DNA of 64,000 nt from Geosiphon pyriformis uo1 (taxonomy: Eukaryota; Fungi; Glomeromycota): positions 781,090 to 845,089 of the forward strand of contig JAAOMT010000299.1 of the NCBI GenBank assembly GCA_016748015.1. The letters run 5' to 3'. Made by a program: the position numbers and the translations under genes. The notes under the pieces were generated by a model. That model was given only the letters and a program-made list of their open reading frames with translations, was not told where the DNA came from and made no database searches. Numbering within the stretch: position 1 is the first letter of the stretch; the number at the start of each line of letters is the position of its first letter. Shown here piece after piece: positions 51,440-64,000 of the stretch.

Positions 51440-54236
51440 ATGGACGTGGATGCAAAAGTAATGGAGAAAATGTTCTTTTATTGGAAATACGGTAAAGACT
51501 ATCCCAGCGCAACCTTTGAACAATGTGATGCTGCATACAACGAATACAAAGACTTCTACGCTAAATACCATCAAGACAACCCTGGCGCGACCACAAACTG
51601 CTATGAGGAATACCTCAAGACAAAGCAAGGTAAGCAATGAATACACGTTTATTGGAGGATAGAGGAGCAACGTGGAGAAGAGTTTGAATACTGTTACTGG
51701 TTTTGTGCTATATTGCAAGAGAGGCAGTTGGACGTTGTTAGTTGGGGCAGAGCTTATCGTAGCAGAGCTAGGTTTATACGTAAACCCATTTGAAAGACAA
51801 ATAAGCAAGATACGATACGTTTGGGGTCGTAGGAGAAGTGGTTGCTGTGCTGTCAATATTCAATAGTGACTGCCAGGCTTCATTATCTGAAAGCTCTTTG
51901 GAATGTTATCAGCTGAGAAAGGAAAGAGTGGGGGCGTGGCAGACGGGCAAAATTGCTTCTCCGAAATGATGCTCACGTAATCTCTTTCTTACAGTTACTC
52001 CGTCCAAGCGTAAATTTGAGAATGAAATATCCACACAGGCTCATAAGAGACAATTTGAGCGCCCATATAGTGATCCAACCCAAATGCGTCGCTATTTCAT
52101 GGATAAGCTTGATGAGATTGTAAGGACATGGGATCCACGTGAACAGTATGCTCCGATGACAGCCATCGTGCAGTCAAGCGGAGTCGGCAAGTCTCGCATC
52201 ATACGTGAAGTCGCGCAAGAACGTTACGTGTTTTACTGCTGTCTACGGCCAAGCTTGAGCACTGGATTCCCCCCGCGTTCAGCCATCGCCGACGAACTCT
52301 TAAGTGATGGAGCGCGCAACTGCAAGTTCTATGTTGCATACCTGCTTGCATGCATGCAGGTGTTTGTGGACATAATGCAACCGCAGCTAATCTCACCTGC
52401 TGCATGGTTCGATTGGCACGTGTTTGGCACGCCGATCAATGAGAATAGCTCAAGTTCACATGACTACTGGATCCGCGTTAGAACATATCTTCATGAGCAT
52501 ACGGTCCGACTAACAAATGTGGAGCAATTTCCGATGGAGCTGCTTGTGATGGCTAGGAAACTCGCGCGAGTTCTCAAAGCGTCAAAAGACCCTGAAGCAC
52601 GGATTGTGTTTGTTTTTGATGAGGCTCGCAACATCAATACACCGCGTCGCAATGGAGATGTTCACAACCATTTTTATTGGCTGCGTTATGCATTGCGCAT
52701 GCTTCCGAGCCACAATAGCGGCGCGAATGGCGAGGACACGTTCACGGCGGCCGTTTTTCTCGACACTTCTTCGCGAGTTGGTGACTTTGTTCCACCGGCT
52801 CTCCAAGATCCATCAGCTCGTATTGCTCAAAATAACTTGGACGTATTTTCACCGTTTTATCTGGTTAGCACCTTTGACAGCCTCGCTGACAGAGCTCCTG
52901 TAAACTCACTTGCAACTGCCACGAAGGAAGACCGCCTGATTTCTCTCGGTCGTCCTCTCTGGAAAACCATTTATGATTCTGCTACTGCTCCTCAAGCGGA
53001 CACAATTGCTCTTGCCGTATATAAGATCATGTGTACAAACGAGGTGCTTACGGCTGATAAACTCACGTTGGAACAAACGCTGGCTATCTTGTCACCCCGG
53101 ATTGCATTGGATGTGAATCCATCCCTCCGCATCAACACTGCCCTTATTGCAGATCACATGCGTGTGTGCATCCATATCACGCCTGAACGTGAGAGCGTAC
53201 TCAGTGCTGTTCCATCAGAGCCAATTCTGGCTGAAGCATCAGCCCAACTGATGCACCGCCAAGGCTATCTTGAATCCATATTGAGCTTTCTTGCTGTCTC
53301 GCTAAGATACGGCATTGTCGATGCAGGATATCGTGGTGAACTTGTCGCACAGTTACTCGTTCTGCTGGCAATTGATCATGTAAGTACACGGCGAGGTTCT
53401 ATGCCGTATTCGCGAGTGGTCACAGTGAGTGCATTCCTATCTGAGCTACTAGGCGTGAATTGCGCCAACCTGGATACCATTATGGACACAGTAGCTAAGG
53501 ATCGACTAATGCGTGGAGAGATATTCCTGACGCATTTCGTGCGACCAACCTACAAAAAGCCGAACCGTGCAACATTGTATGAATTCGCGATTCGTGGAGC
53601 AGGTATCCTTTCCAAGCGCTATAGTGAAGCCGTTGACTTGATCATCCCTGTTGTGCTGCCGCCTGATACTGCAGAGTCCTCATTGACAGTTCACCCAAAT
53701 AAAACTATGTATGTATCATCATGTCATGCTATTCATATTGAGTTTTGACCCCTCTTTGATAACTTACCTTATTTTTACACTTCACGTCTTAAACCTACGC
53801 GGTACAAAGCACCATCCCACTCGAACGCATTTCATTCATACTTGTGCAGGTGAAAAATCGCAAGAAACAAAAAATTGGTGAACAATCACGGTCTCATCTG
53901 GCACCCCAGAAACTGGGACTTATAGATAGTTCAACTACTATTCCATATGGTGCATTGTGGATGGAGCTTGGAATATTGCAAAACACAGCCCAAGAGATGT
54001 TAAGTGGCTGTGGTGTACATCATCCAGTAGAAAGAACCCAACTTGGCCTCAAGATCATTGGTCTCAACACAAATGTCTATCCCTGCATTGCAGATGACAG
54101 CTACAACAGGGGAATTGCAAAGCTGCTGGTCAAAATTCTCCAATCATGGCCTGAACCTGCACAACTTGCATCAGGGGATGCCTATGCAACAGAGGCAGTG
54201 AAGAGTATATTGCGATTGCAATATCTTCAGGATTAA
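51440..54236 (+). CDS. Spliced gene (exons 51440-51629, 51995-53708, 53810-54236; ~776 aa): short N-terminal header + P-loop NTPase + PD-(D/E)xK-like nuclease, Crinkler/RHS (CR)-effector-like
   Basis: Walker A AIVQSSGVGKSR, Walker B IVFVFDEAR, GYRGELVAQLL, and a C-terminal DLIIPV...ISFILVQVKN motif. Intron 1 GTAAGC...GCTCAC...TTTCTTACAG and intron 2 GTATGT...AAAG keep the frame (2331 nt). No stops, and CpG is retained. The intron 2 acceptor is less certain. Confidence 0.8.
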
Positions 54237-55023
54237 CTCTTGCCATAAGAGTGTTCTAATTTGATTCTCGATTTTGGATAGTTATAATCTTCCGTATTTA
54301 TCATCCAAACATATACAAAACTGGGCAATGTTGCATTTAATGCTGTCATCAAAGCTTTCAAAATGCTTGCCCATGTACACTATAATGGTAAGAAGCAAAA
54401 AAAGATTATATTTTCCATTATTTTAAAAGTAGTCTTAGCAACAAAATTAAAATTAATCCTATAATTACAAATACTTTCTTGTCTTAATTTTGCACAAAAA
54501 AAAATCATAAAAAATATGCCAAAAAAAAAGATGATAAAATTTCACCTTAATTTAGCTTATTATAAACACAGTATTTATTTATTAGACCAAAATTAGTTAT
54601 AATTCAGTTAATACAATTGTTGTAAATATTACTAAAGAATTTGACAAATTTGTTACATATTTTAATTTTATTTAAACTATATTTCAAATGTTTTCAACTT
54701 ACAAAATTATATGTTTTGTGCATATTTTACAAAACCAGCCAAAATTTATGATTTTTTTAAAACATTTTTATTATTGATCCAATTATAAATATGAGAAATT
54801 GTGTTGTTATATTTTTTAAAACTGAAAAATTATTATTACAAAGAATATTAAACTTATTGTATACCAAAAAAATTTTGTCAGACAAAATCTTGAAAAAAAC
54901 TTTTTAAATTGTTTTAATTAAGACAATAAGCTATGTATTTATCAAAATGTTTTTTTATTTATATGGTTTGAAAATTATTAAAACTTATACTTTTTTTCAA
55001 AATTAAAAAACAAATTTATGTAC

Positions 55024-55773
55024 TGTTATTTATAAAAAAAAATACAAAAAAGAAATAAGAAAAACAAATTATAAGAATAAGCCAATAGAAAAATAATACT
55101 TAATATTTTCAGAAATGTGTATATTTACAAAAAATGAGCACATTGTTAAGAAATCACAACAAATTTTTAGAAAGTATATATTTATAAAAAATTATGGCAT
55201 ATTGTTTAAGAATAAACACAGTTCTAAAAAGTAGTATAGAAAAAAATAAAAATATATAAGATCTTATATAACAAAAATCATGTATATATAACAATAATAT
55301 CAAAAATGAAAAAAAACATTTAAACAAATTTTTAGTTAGTTAACAATAAATATTTATAATATAAACTTTCTTTCAAAAGATAATTTTTTATATCTTAAAG
55401 TGAAATTATTTAATTTATGTTATTTTTTTTATTGAATTAACATTATTATTTTTTAATTTCATTAGCAATTTATGTTAATAGTATTTGTTACTTAACTATA
55501 TTAAACCAATAGCTTTTGATTATAATTATTAATAAAATACTAATTTCTTATTTCTTTTTTATTTTATTTTATTTTGTTTTGTATTATATATTAATTAATT
55601 AAAAAATTAAGTATTAAGATATTAATATCAAAGATAGTTTGATAAAAAATTCATAAAACAAAAGTAAAAACTTAAAAATAGCTTCCTAAAAGAGCACAAT
55701 TGTTAGATTAAATTAATCTTTACACTAAAAAAAATTTAGGAAAAACAATTACTAAATAAATTTTTGTTTATTA
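55024..55773 (+). repeat. Decayed LTR of the B/E type, interrupted by element G
   Basis: TGTTATTTATA start, GCCAATAG and CATGTATATATA; colinear with the reverse complement of 35614-36556 up to ~55773. Confidence 0.75.
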
Positions 55774-56484
55774 TATTATAATAGTTAAAATCTATAGTTT
55801 TTATTAATTATTATATGTATTAGCCACTAATATCACATAATTAGCCATCTTATTTTTAAATAATAATTATTGATTTAATTATTGATCTAATTAATAATCT
55901 AATTATTAATTTAATTATTGATTTGATTATTGACTTGATCATTGACTATTTTTAATAGTTATATAAGTAATGAGTCTTTTAGCTATAGAAAAACATGTAC
56001 AAATCAAAAAAATCAAAAAAATAAAATAATAATTTTATCTTAATTCTTTTTTTATTACTAATTTTCTATTTTTTATCTTTAAGTATTTAAATATCTTAAG
56101 ATAAAAGATTATTTGTTGGCATTTACATATCTTTTTCCTGACTTATATAATTGTTGTATTTGAAGATTATTAAATAAAATATGACTAAAAAGCACATTTA
56201 ATATCTAATATTGAATTCTAAAAGTATTAACATAAGACATAGAATTATATCAGTATGTTATTATTTATTGACAGTATAAACTATTTCTCTACTTTTAGAT
56301 TCTTTGGTTACCCTTTGAAAAAAATAGCAACTAAAATATTTTATAAGACTGATCTTGCATATTGAATCCTTATTTATTCAATTTACTCTTTAAAGTTAAA
56401 TTTCCTTTAATCTATTTTATTACTATACAATTCTGTTTTTCTTTGTTATTTGTTAGCTTTTTATTTTAACTTGTAATATAAAAG

Positions 56485-56501
56485 TGGTGCTTTCTGTGAG
56501 G
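56485..56501 (+). other. Intact primer-binding site TGGTGCTTTCTGTGAGG
   Basis: Complementary to a tRNA 3' end ...CCTCAC AGAAAGC A CCA; resembles elongator tRNA-Met 3' ends (identity inferred). Confidence 0.85.
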
Positions 56502-58550
56502 TTGTTAAATATCCACTTGTTTTCTATTGTATAGGTAATTATTTATATTTGTTATAACAATTAGAAGAATTTTTTGCAGCATACAACAAAAATAACTTAG
56601 ATTTTATTGAACTCAATTCTCTATTCTTTTGCTTGATTTGCTTTTTTGTTAAAAAACAATTCAGTAAACAATTTTAAAATTTTTGAAACTGGTTTCTAAA
56701 TGAACATTTAGTTGAAACTTATATAGTTTATACAATTTATTTTTTTGATCAAGCTTACTTTAAAGAAGTCTTTAAAGAAAGAAATAACAATATTAATTAA
56801 CTCTTATACTCAACAATCTTTGAACAACAACTTTCTGATTTTGAATATCTGAATCACCAAATTCACATTTGGATTGCTGCTTATTAATTAGCTAAAACTC
56901 TTTTTGAAACAAAAAAAAAGTTATCAAACTGCTTTTATTTTTGATTTTTTTTAAGTAAATTAAACTCTTTTATTCAAACAACTATTTTTGAACCAATGAC
57001 TGCTGATTTCATGCAAGCAAACATCTTAGTTATCTTTCAAGATATACAAACTGCTTTAGGACAAAGAAACAACATCCCATTACTATTATTTAAAGACAAT
57101 ATCTAAAATCTAATTAAATAATTAGATGACTTTAAAAGAGCAATTACAGCCAATCAATATAATATTAATTACAAGTTTTAAATTATTGGTAAATATTTTC
57201 AAGACTCTTTTGCTATCTGGTTTTCACAAAAAACCAATACCAATATTCAGCAAAAAATTATTAAATAAATACTAACAAATATTGAGAAAGACAATATTTT
57301 TTTTACTATATATTTTGAAAACAGATTTAAACTCCAATCTTAATATTCAAATGATGTATGAAACTAGAAAAAAGAATCCAAGATTTAGGAAAAGTAGTAA
57401 TTGAATATGCCAAAGCAATAAGAAAGCTTATCAAATAAGTAAATTCTAAAAAAAATTAGACAGAAGAGCAAAAGATTTACTTCTTTACAAAAAAATAGAG
57501 AACTAATTTATCTTATACTTTTTGGTTTTTTTTAGCTCTGAAAGACAATCTTATCATAAACATGGCCATTGAATTTGCCCAAAAAATTAAAAATAATCAA
57601 AGAATGTATTTGGAATCTACACTATCAGTTTTTGTTCTTATTTCTATTTTGGTTTCTGTTTTTCAAATAGCTATTACTTTCTTTGCTGCTTAAACTTAAG
57701 ACCCAAATAAACAATTAATAGACAAATTTACAGCCAATCTTACACAATTATTAGAACCATTAGCCCAAGCTGTTAGAGAAATTCAACAATCTCAAAGACC
57801 TAGATTTGAATCCTGTTTTAACTACTTTTAGCAGTCTTCTTACCAAAGACAACAAAATTATGATCTTTCTGTGTTCTATTATTGTGAATTGACTGAATAT
57901 TTTTTAAGAAATTACAACAAATCTCCTTTATTTTTACTAGCTTCTAGAAATAATAATAATCAAAACAACAGACCTAATAACAATAATGTTTCTAATTAAA
58001 GATTTAATCATACTAACATCAATTTTTTTAGAGAAAATCTCTTAATTGAAGTTACTGTTTATTAGTCTTTAAATTGGTAAATGCATCTTCAAAAAGTAAA
58101 AGTGCAAGCCAATTAGAAAAAAACCCTTTTTATGCTTTTAATTTAACTAATGATAATTATAACATAGATAAATTAACCATTAACTTTTTTGAAACTACAA
58201 AAAAAAAAGAAAACCAAAGTTGATTTTATTATAGAATCCAATAATGTTTCTATATTAACTGTTAATAACAATAAGCCACCAAAGACCAAAGTTTTTAAGA
58301 ATCCTCCAAAGTTAGAACTTCCAAAAATTGTACAAAAATCTGAATTCTATTGTGTTATTAAAGATTTCATAAAAACTTTAGCACATATTATTTTTGGCCA
58401 ACTAATAACTCATTCACAGTTCAGAAAAAATCTTTGCAAATTCTTGATTTTAAAAAAAAAGACACCAAAAACTAATAAACACTTTTAACAAGCTGAACTT
58501 ACTGATAATAGCAATATTAATTTTCTAATTTGCAAAGCTTAAGTGACTGG

Positions 58551-59960
58551 TATTACTAGAAGATTTTCACATTTTTCAATGCAAAAATTACAACACATAC
58601 AATAGAAATTAACATCAAAATCATGTGAAAAAGACCTATATCATTATACTTAATTAACAAAATCAGCTAACAATCTAAAAATAAATGATCAGTAATCAAT
58701 CTAATTACAACAAAAAAATATAACACAATTCAACAGTTTAATTAAGTTAGATACAAAAAAATCTTGGCAAACTAAGAAACACCAATGGAAATAAATGATT
58801 AAGACATGTAATCAGATAACAACAGACTTTATTATGCTCTAAAATTCTTATATGCTCTTATTAAAACAATCTAATATTTCAGATTCATGATTAATGGTTA
58901 AAAGTAGTTATCAAAAAATGTAATTAATTGATCTACTTCTGATTATATTGATTATAATCACAATTGGTATCATTGATTTACAATTAATGTTCTAAATCTA
59001 GCCATTTAAATTTGATCATCTAAAAATCACCAGCTCTAAAAAAAATAACATGTTAAGTAAGTTTATCATAAATTGATTGAATTAAAATATATAAATAATT
59101 GATGTATCTTAAATAGTTCTAATATAGTATATAGATCAAATATAATTTAGCTATATATATAGCTTTTTTGTTAACTCAAGAAAGTATCAGTTTAATACTA
59201 AGCCAACTCTTTGCTATAGTTTTATAGTAAGCAGTTAGTTTTTTCCTCTATTTCTTACTCTCACTTTCTCTTTTTTTATGCTCTAAATACTTGTTATCAC
59301 AATCTCAAGTATGCCTTCTCATATTCCTTATCACCATTTGAAATCACATTGTTTATAATCTTTTATTTACTTGTTATCACCATTTCAAGTTGTTCTATTA
59401 CTTCTGATCTTTCAAATCATGTGTTATTACTATTTGATATTAAGTTTTGTTTCAATGAACAAATTGTTAAATATAAAAATAAGTAATAAAGTATTATATT
59501 ATTAAAGAGTGTTCTTAACAATAAAAGTTTAAGCAAAATCTATTTCAATTATATTTGACTTTCATAATCTTTTTTATAATTTCTATAACTTTGTTTTTAA
59601 AGTAAACATTTAAACATCACATTCTTTTAACAACTAATTGAAAGAATTCTGGTTACATATTTCTTTGAATAATTGGTTTTATTTCTGTTGTTGGTTGCGC
59701 TTCTGATACATATAAAGAGATATGACATTTCTTTCCCCTTTCAAATACTTAAGACTGGTTCTTGCCCAAAAACAAATAATAATGACAATATTTTCTTTCA
59801 CTTTTAATAATCTTATCTTGTATCTCTTTTTGTTCTTCTATCTACTGAAATAGTCTATACACCCATAATATGCTATAGTCAGTAGCATAATTATGATAAT
59901 GTGTGTTACCAGTTGAGTTAAAAAATGTTTCCAAATATTGACAAAAAACCACTGATAATA
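58551..59960. repeat. 1410-bp solo LTR-like insert (family S2) in the protease of G
   Basis: Degenerate termini TATTACTAG...CTGATAATA, TSD CTGG/TTGG; the host frame CKAxVTG|YFIDLIL is restored when it is removed. Confidence 0.8.
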
Positions 59961-62900
59961 TTGGTTACTTCATTGACTTAATTTTGAACAGTAAATTATC
60001 TGTTAATATTATTGTCAAACACTTTTTAAAAGTTATTGGCAGAAAGATTAATGAACTTTCTACTTAATCAATAACCAATATATACAATAATAAAAAGAAA
60101 GATTTGAGTATTGTCAAAGCTGTTTCTGTTTACATTAATGATATTAGCATTGAAACAGACATAAAAGTTTCTGAAATTAAAAAATACATTATTATTGTTA
60201 GCAATCAATAGCTTAAGAAAGCAAAAGCTTTACTAAATTATAAACTTTGTAAGCTAATTATTAAATATAGTAAAAAATTTATTGTGATTAAGTATTACTA
60301 TTAAACAACTTTTTTAGTCTTCAAGCAGAACCAAAAAAAACAATTAGATAAACCAGATAATAAAGAGAGCAATAAAGAAAAAAAACAAAAAAAACTACTA
60401 AACTTACTTATATTATCTTCATTAGTAATACCAAGCCACTAAATAATATTAAAGCAAACAAAAAAAGAATTATTATAAATGACAAAATAATCTACTGACT
60501 TTATTATAACATACTTAGAAGAATCTTTGACCAAAAACCAAATACAGCTATTGGTAGTATGGCTCTTGTGTCTAATTTTGGTACAATAAACTATTGTATT
60601 CTCTTAGTAATAAATACAAGTTTTGTTTAATTTATTACAAAGATTGAAAACCAATTAGCTTAATACCCAGAAAAAAAATAAAAAAAGTACAAAAATTCTT
60701 TGAAAATAAACCACCAGAAATTCAATTAATAATAATGAAACAAAAAAAACTCTCCTTAGAAAAAAAATAAACATTGAAAATCTGTTAGCTAGAAACAGTC
60801 TAGTTATCTTAAAAGAAGATGATACTCTTAGATATATTTATGTAATACAACATACTATTACCACCAAAAAAATTCATTTTATCTATTTGAAGCCTTATTA
60901 ATCCAATCAATACAATAATAAATTCATCAAAAAAAAAAATAAACTGGATGAAAAATTTTGAATTCATATAAAAAACCAAAAGCAAATAGGCATTTTCAGT
61001 TATAATAATATCCAAGAAAAATAGAATCTTATACTTCTGTATTAATTATTGACAATTAAATGTTATTACTGAAAAGACATATACTTATTTCTTAAGATTA
61101 ATGCAATGCTAAACCAATTTAATAGTGCTGCTTTTTTTTCAACTATTAACTTAACTGCTGGATTCTGGCAAATAAAAATAAATCCAAAAAGCAGAAAAAA
61201 AACTGCTTTTATTATTAAGTATAACACCTATAAATTCACAATTATGCTTTTTGGTCTTACTAATATTTCTTTTACTTTTCAATACTTAATGAACAAAGTA
61301 TTCAAATCAGTTAAGGAAAACTTTATTTTAGTTTATTTAAATAACATAATAGTATACTTAAAAACCTAAGATAAACATTTTAAACATTTACAAAAAGTTT
61401 TTGATTTCTTTAGAAATACTGGTTTTAAGATCAATCCAATTAAAATTTTTTTTGGATAACAATCTACACAGTTTTTTGGTCATTTTATTATAAAAGATGA
61501 AATTTTTTTTGACCCAGCCAAGGTTGAAAAAGTTCAGAATATTAAACAATTAATAAATGTTTATAAACTATGCTTTTTTCTTGGTTTGGTCTTCTATTAT
61601 TAAAAATTTCTCAAGGATTTTTCCAAAATTGCCTTTTTTTTTAATTAATTACTCAGAAAAATGTTAATTACTACTGAGATATATATTAACAAAAAGTCTT
61701 TAAAACTTTAAAAGAAAAATTGATTATAGAATCTATACTTATATAACTTAATCTAGATTAACTTTTTATTCTTTATATTAATGTATCTGGCTATAACTTG
61801 GTGCTGTTTTTTCACAAAAAAATAAAGAAGGCAAGAAACATGCTATAGTATATATTGGTAGAACACTTTTACTAACAAAACAGAACTATTTAGTTACTGA
61901 ACAGAAATACTTAATAGTAGTTTGGACTACTAATTACTGAAATAAATATCTTTTTAGTGTAAAATTTTTAATGATAACAGATTATTAAGTTTTGGTTTGA
62001 CTGCACAACAAAAAAAAACTGAAATACAAATGAATAACTTACTGAATATTTTACTTGGATGAATTTAACTATAATATTCAACACTATAAAAAAGCAAATT
62101 ATCAAAACACTAATGCTTTTTTCAGACTTACTATCCAGTAATAGTACAATTTTCACAAACCAAACCAATTTAAATAATAGTAACTCTCTCTTAAACAAAC
62201 ATAATAATAGACTTAAATAACTATTTTGCATTAATAAAATTTTTGGATAAAGAACAATATCCACCAGACTATACTTAATAGCAAAAAAATTTGTATAAAC
62301 AATTAAATTTCTATTTGATCTATTAGAACTAATTTTATAAAAAAAATAAAAAAGATCCTAACTACTTCTAAAGAATTATTAGATTTAAAAAAAAAGAAAT
62401 TCTAATTTACAATATACACACTGATCCATTATCCAAACACTTTGAAAAAACAAAAACAATTCAGAAAACCTTAGCTTATTATTATTGGTTTATTTTAAAA
62501 AAAAATATTGCTAAGTACATCAAAACTTGTAATATTTGTTAAAGAAAAAAAAACCAAATTACAAGAAAAATATCTATTTAATCTCTTTTAGTTAATTATT
62601 TGACAGAATTGGTATAAATATTGTTAAATCTTTAATAATAACTTCTAATGACAACAGATATATTATTACAACTACTGACTATCTTACAAAGTAGATAGAA
62701 ACAAGAGCTATTTCAGACTAAACAGCAGTTTTAATAGCCAATTTTATTTACAAAGATATAATTTGTCACTACAGATGCCCAAAAAACTTTTATTTAATAG
62801 AGAAAAAGCTTTTCTTAGTATACTGGTTAAAAAACTTACAGAAAAATGGGAATATATTATAAATTCTCTTCTCTTTATTACTCTCAAACAAATAGCTTAG

Positions 62901-63509
62901 TAGAATGTTTCAATAAAACACTATGTAAAACCCTAGCCAAAACTAGTAAAGAAACAAACTTATAGAACAAAGTACTGCTTTCAGTTTTGTTTGCTTATAA
63001 AACTATGAATCATAATATAACAAGTTATGAATTTTTTTATCTGTTTTATAAACAAATAGCAACTCTATCAATAAAAACTGGTATTAAAACAATATTTTTT
63101 GAGAAAATAACAATAAAAAATTATAAAGACATTTTGCAAAGAATACTTAATATCATTAGTAGAAGCATGAATAATTGTTTTTAAAAAGATAAAACAGTTT
63201 CAAGAAAAGTTTAAGAAGAAAAAAAATCTATAAAACACTTTTCTTAAGTATTAGTAATTTGGTTTTAGAATATTACTTAAACAAAAACAATATATATAGT
63301 AATAAATTTTTTAGACAGTAAAAAAAACTCTTTATAGTCAACAAAAATCAAATATAAATAAATGCATTATTCTCAAAACAGAGGTATTTTCAATTAACAT
63401 AAACAATTATTTCCTAAATTAAAACATTTAAAATGTTTTTTTATATTCTTTATAAATATTGAATCAAAAATTATCCAAATGCTATTTTGATCATTAGAAA
63501 ATAAATTAC

Positions 63510-64000
63510 TGTTATTTATAGAAATCAAAAATTATAATAATAAATAAAATAGCCAATTAGAAATGAATATAATAAAATAAAAAATTCTAAGATTTTCTTG
63601 GAAAATTATAGGATTTCAAAATTTCAAGATTTTTTTCAAGGAATTGTAGAATTCCAGAATTCTTTTTAAAAATTGCAGGATTCCCAAAAATCTTATATAA
63701 CACAAATTATATATATATAATAAGAGTATTAGAAGCAAAAAAGTATTCAAAATTTAATAAAATTTAGAATCTTAATACTTTTTTTTAAAAGATAGTTTTT
63801 TATAACTTAAAATAGAAACATATTAATATTAATAAAACTTTTATTTATTATCCAATTTATGTTATTGTTACTTGATTAAGAATATTACTCATTTTCATAC
63901 TATTAACACTTTATGTTAATAGAATCTAATACTTAACTACCTTGAACTAATAGCTTTTGATCATAGCTATTGATGAAATACTAATTTTTTATTTTTTATT
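63510..64000 (+). repeat. LTR of the GGAATTCC (A-like) type running off the window end
   Basis: TGTTATTTATAGAAATC, AGCCAATTAG, GAATTCCAGAAT repeats and a TATATATATA box. Confidence 0.8.

Larger units (their letters stand above)
55774..63509 (+). mobile_element. Element G: distinct Gypsy family with no recognisable dUTPase; 3' end not seen
   Basis: 5' LTR ~55774-56478, PBS 56485-56501, gag ~56996-58500, protease GYFIDLILNS ~59963-60300, RT FSTINLTAGFWQI..MLFGLTN..VYLNNII, RNase H to 62141, integrase from ~62207. Confidence 0.85.

Noticed and set aside
51294-53389. Overlapping short ORFs (51294-51536, 51434-51856, 51672-51866, 52199-52405, 52582-52806, 52604-52903, 53201-53389)
   Set aside because: Antisense, intronic or off-frame shadows of the spliced gene, with no recognisable motifs.
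51440-54236. Bacterial or endosymbiont contamination, or recent bacterial transfer, as the source of the GC-rich gene
   Set aside because: It has frame-preserving GT-AG introns with a branch-site-like motif and no operon context.
56485-56501. tRNA gene
   Set aside because: Only 17 nt complementary to a tRNA 3' end including CCA, next to an LTR; this is a PBS and there is no cloverleaf.

Overview
Eukaryotic, very AT-rich, almost CpG-free DNA, most likely an early-diverging fungus such as a Glomeromycotina species (inference only). About 90% of the window is a stack of decayed Ty3/Gypsy-type LTR retrotransposons. Using LTR pairs, PBS/PPT signals and 4-bp target-site duplications (TSDs), I resolved eight elements (my labels A-H, with H and the host F only partly present), five solo-LTR-like inserts and three further partial LTRs. 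They form a six-level nest F>A>B>D>C>solo LTR and a second nest F>E>two solo LTRs. The main family (A-E) has an unusual layout. One long frame encodes an ATG-less N-terminal extension, Gag (CCHC), protease, a Cys-rich insert, dUTPase, a degenerate dUTPase-like repeat, RT and RNase H. It ends in conserved stop codons, after which integrase starts as a separate ORF, followed by a conserved ~209-aa ORF3 whose stop abuts the PPT. All copies are riddled with C>T/G>A transitions. The only intact host-type gene is a three-exon P-loop NTPase plus PD-(D/E)xK-like nuclease gene (about 776 aa, Crinkler/RHS-effector-like) on a GC- and CpG-rich island at about 50.85-54.4 kb. Coordinates were read by eye; internal domain limits are approximate.
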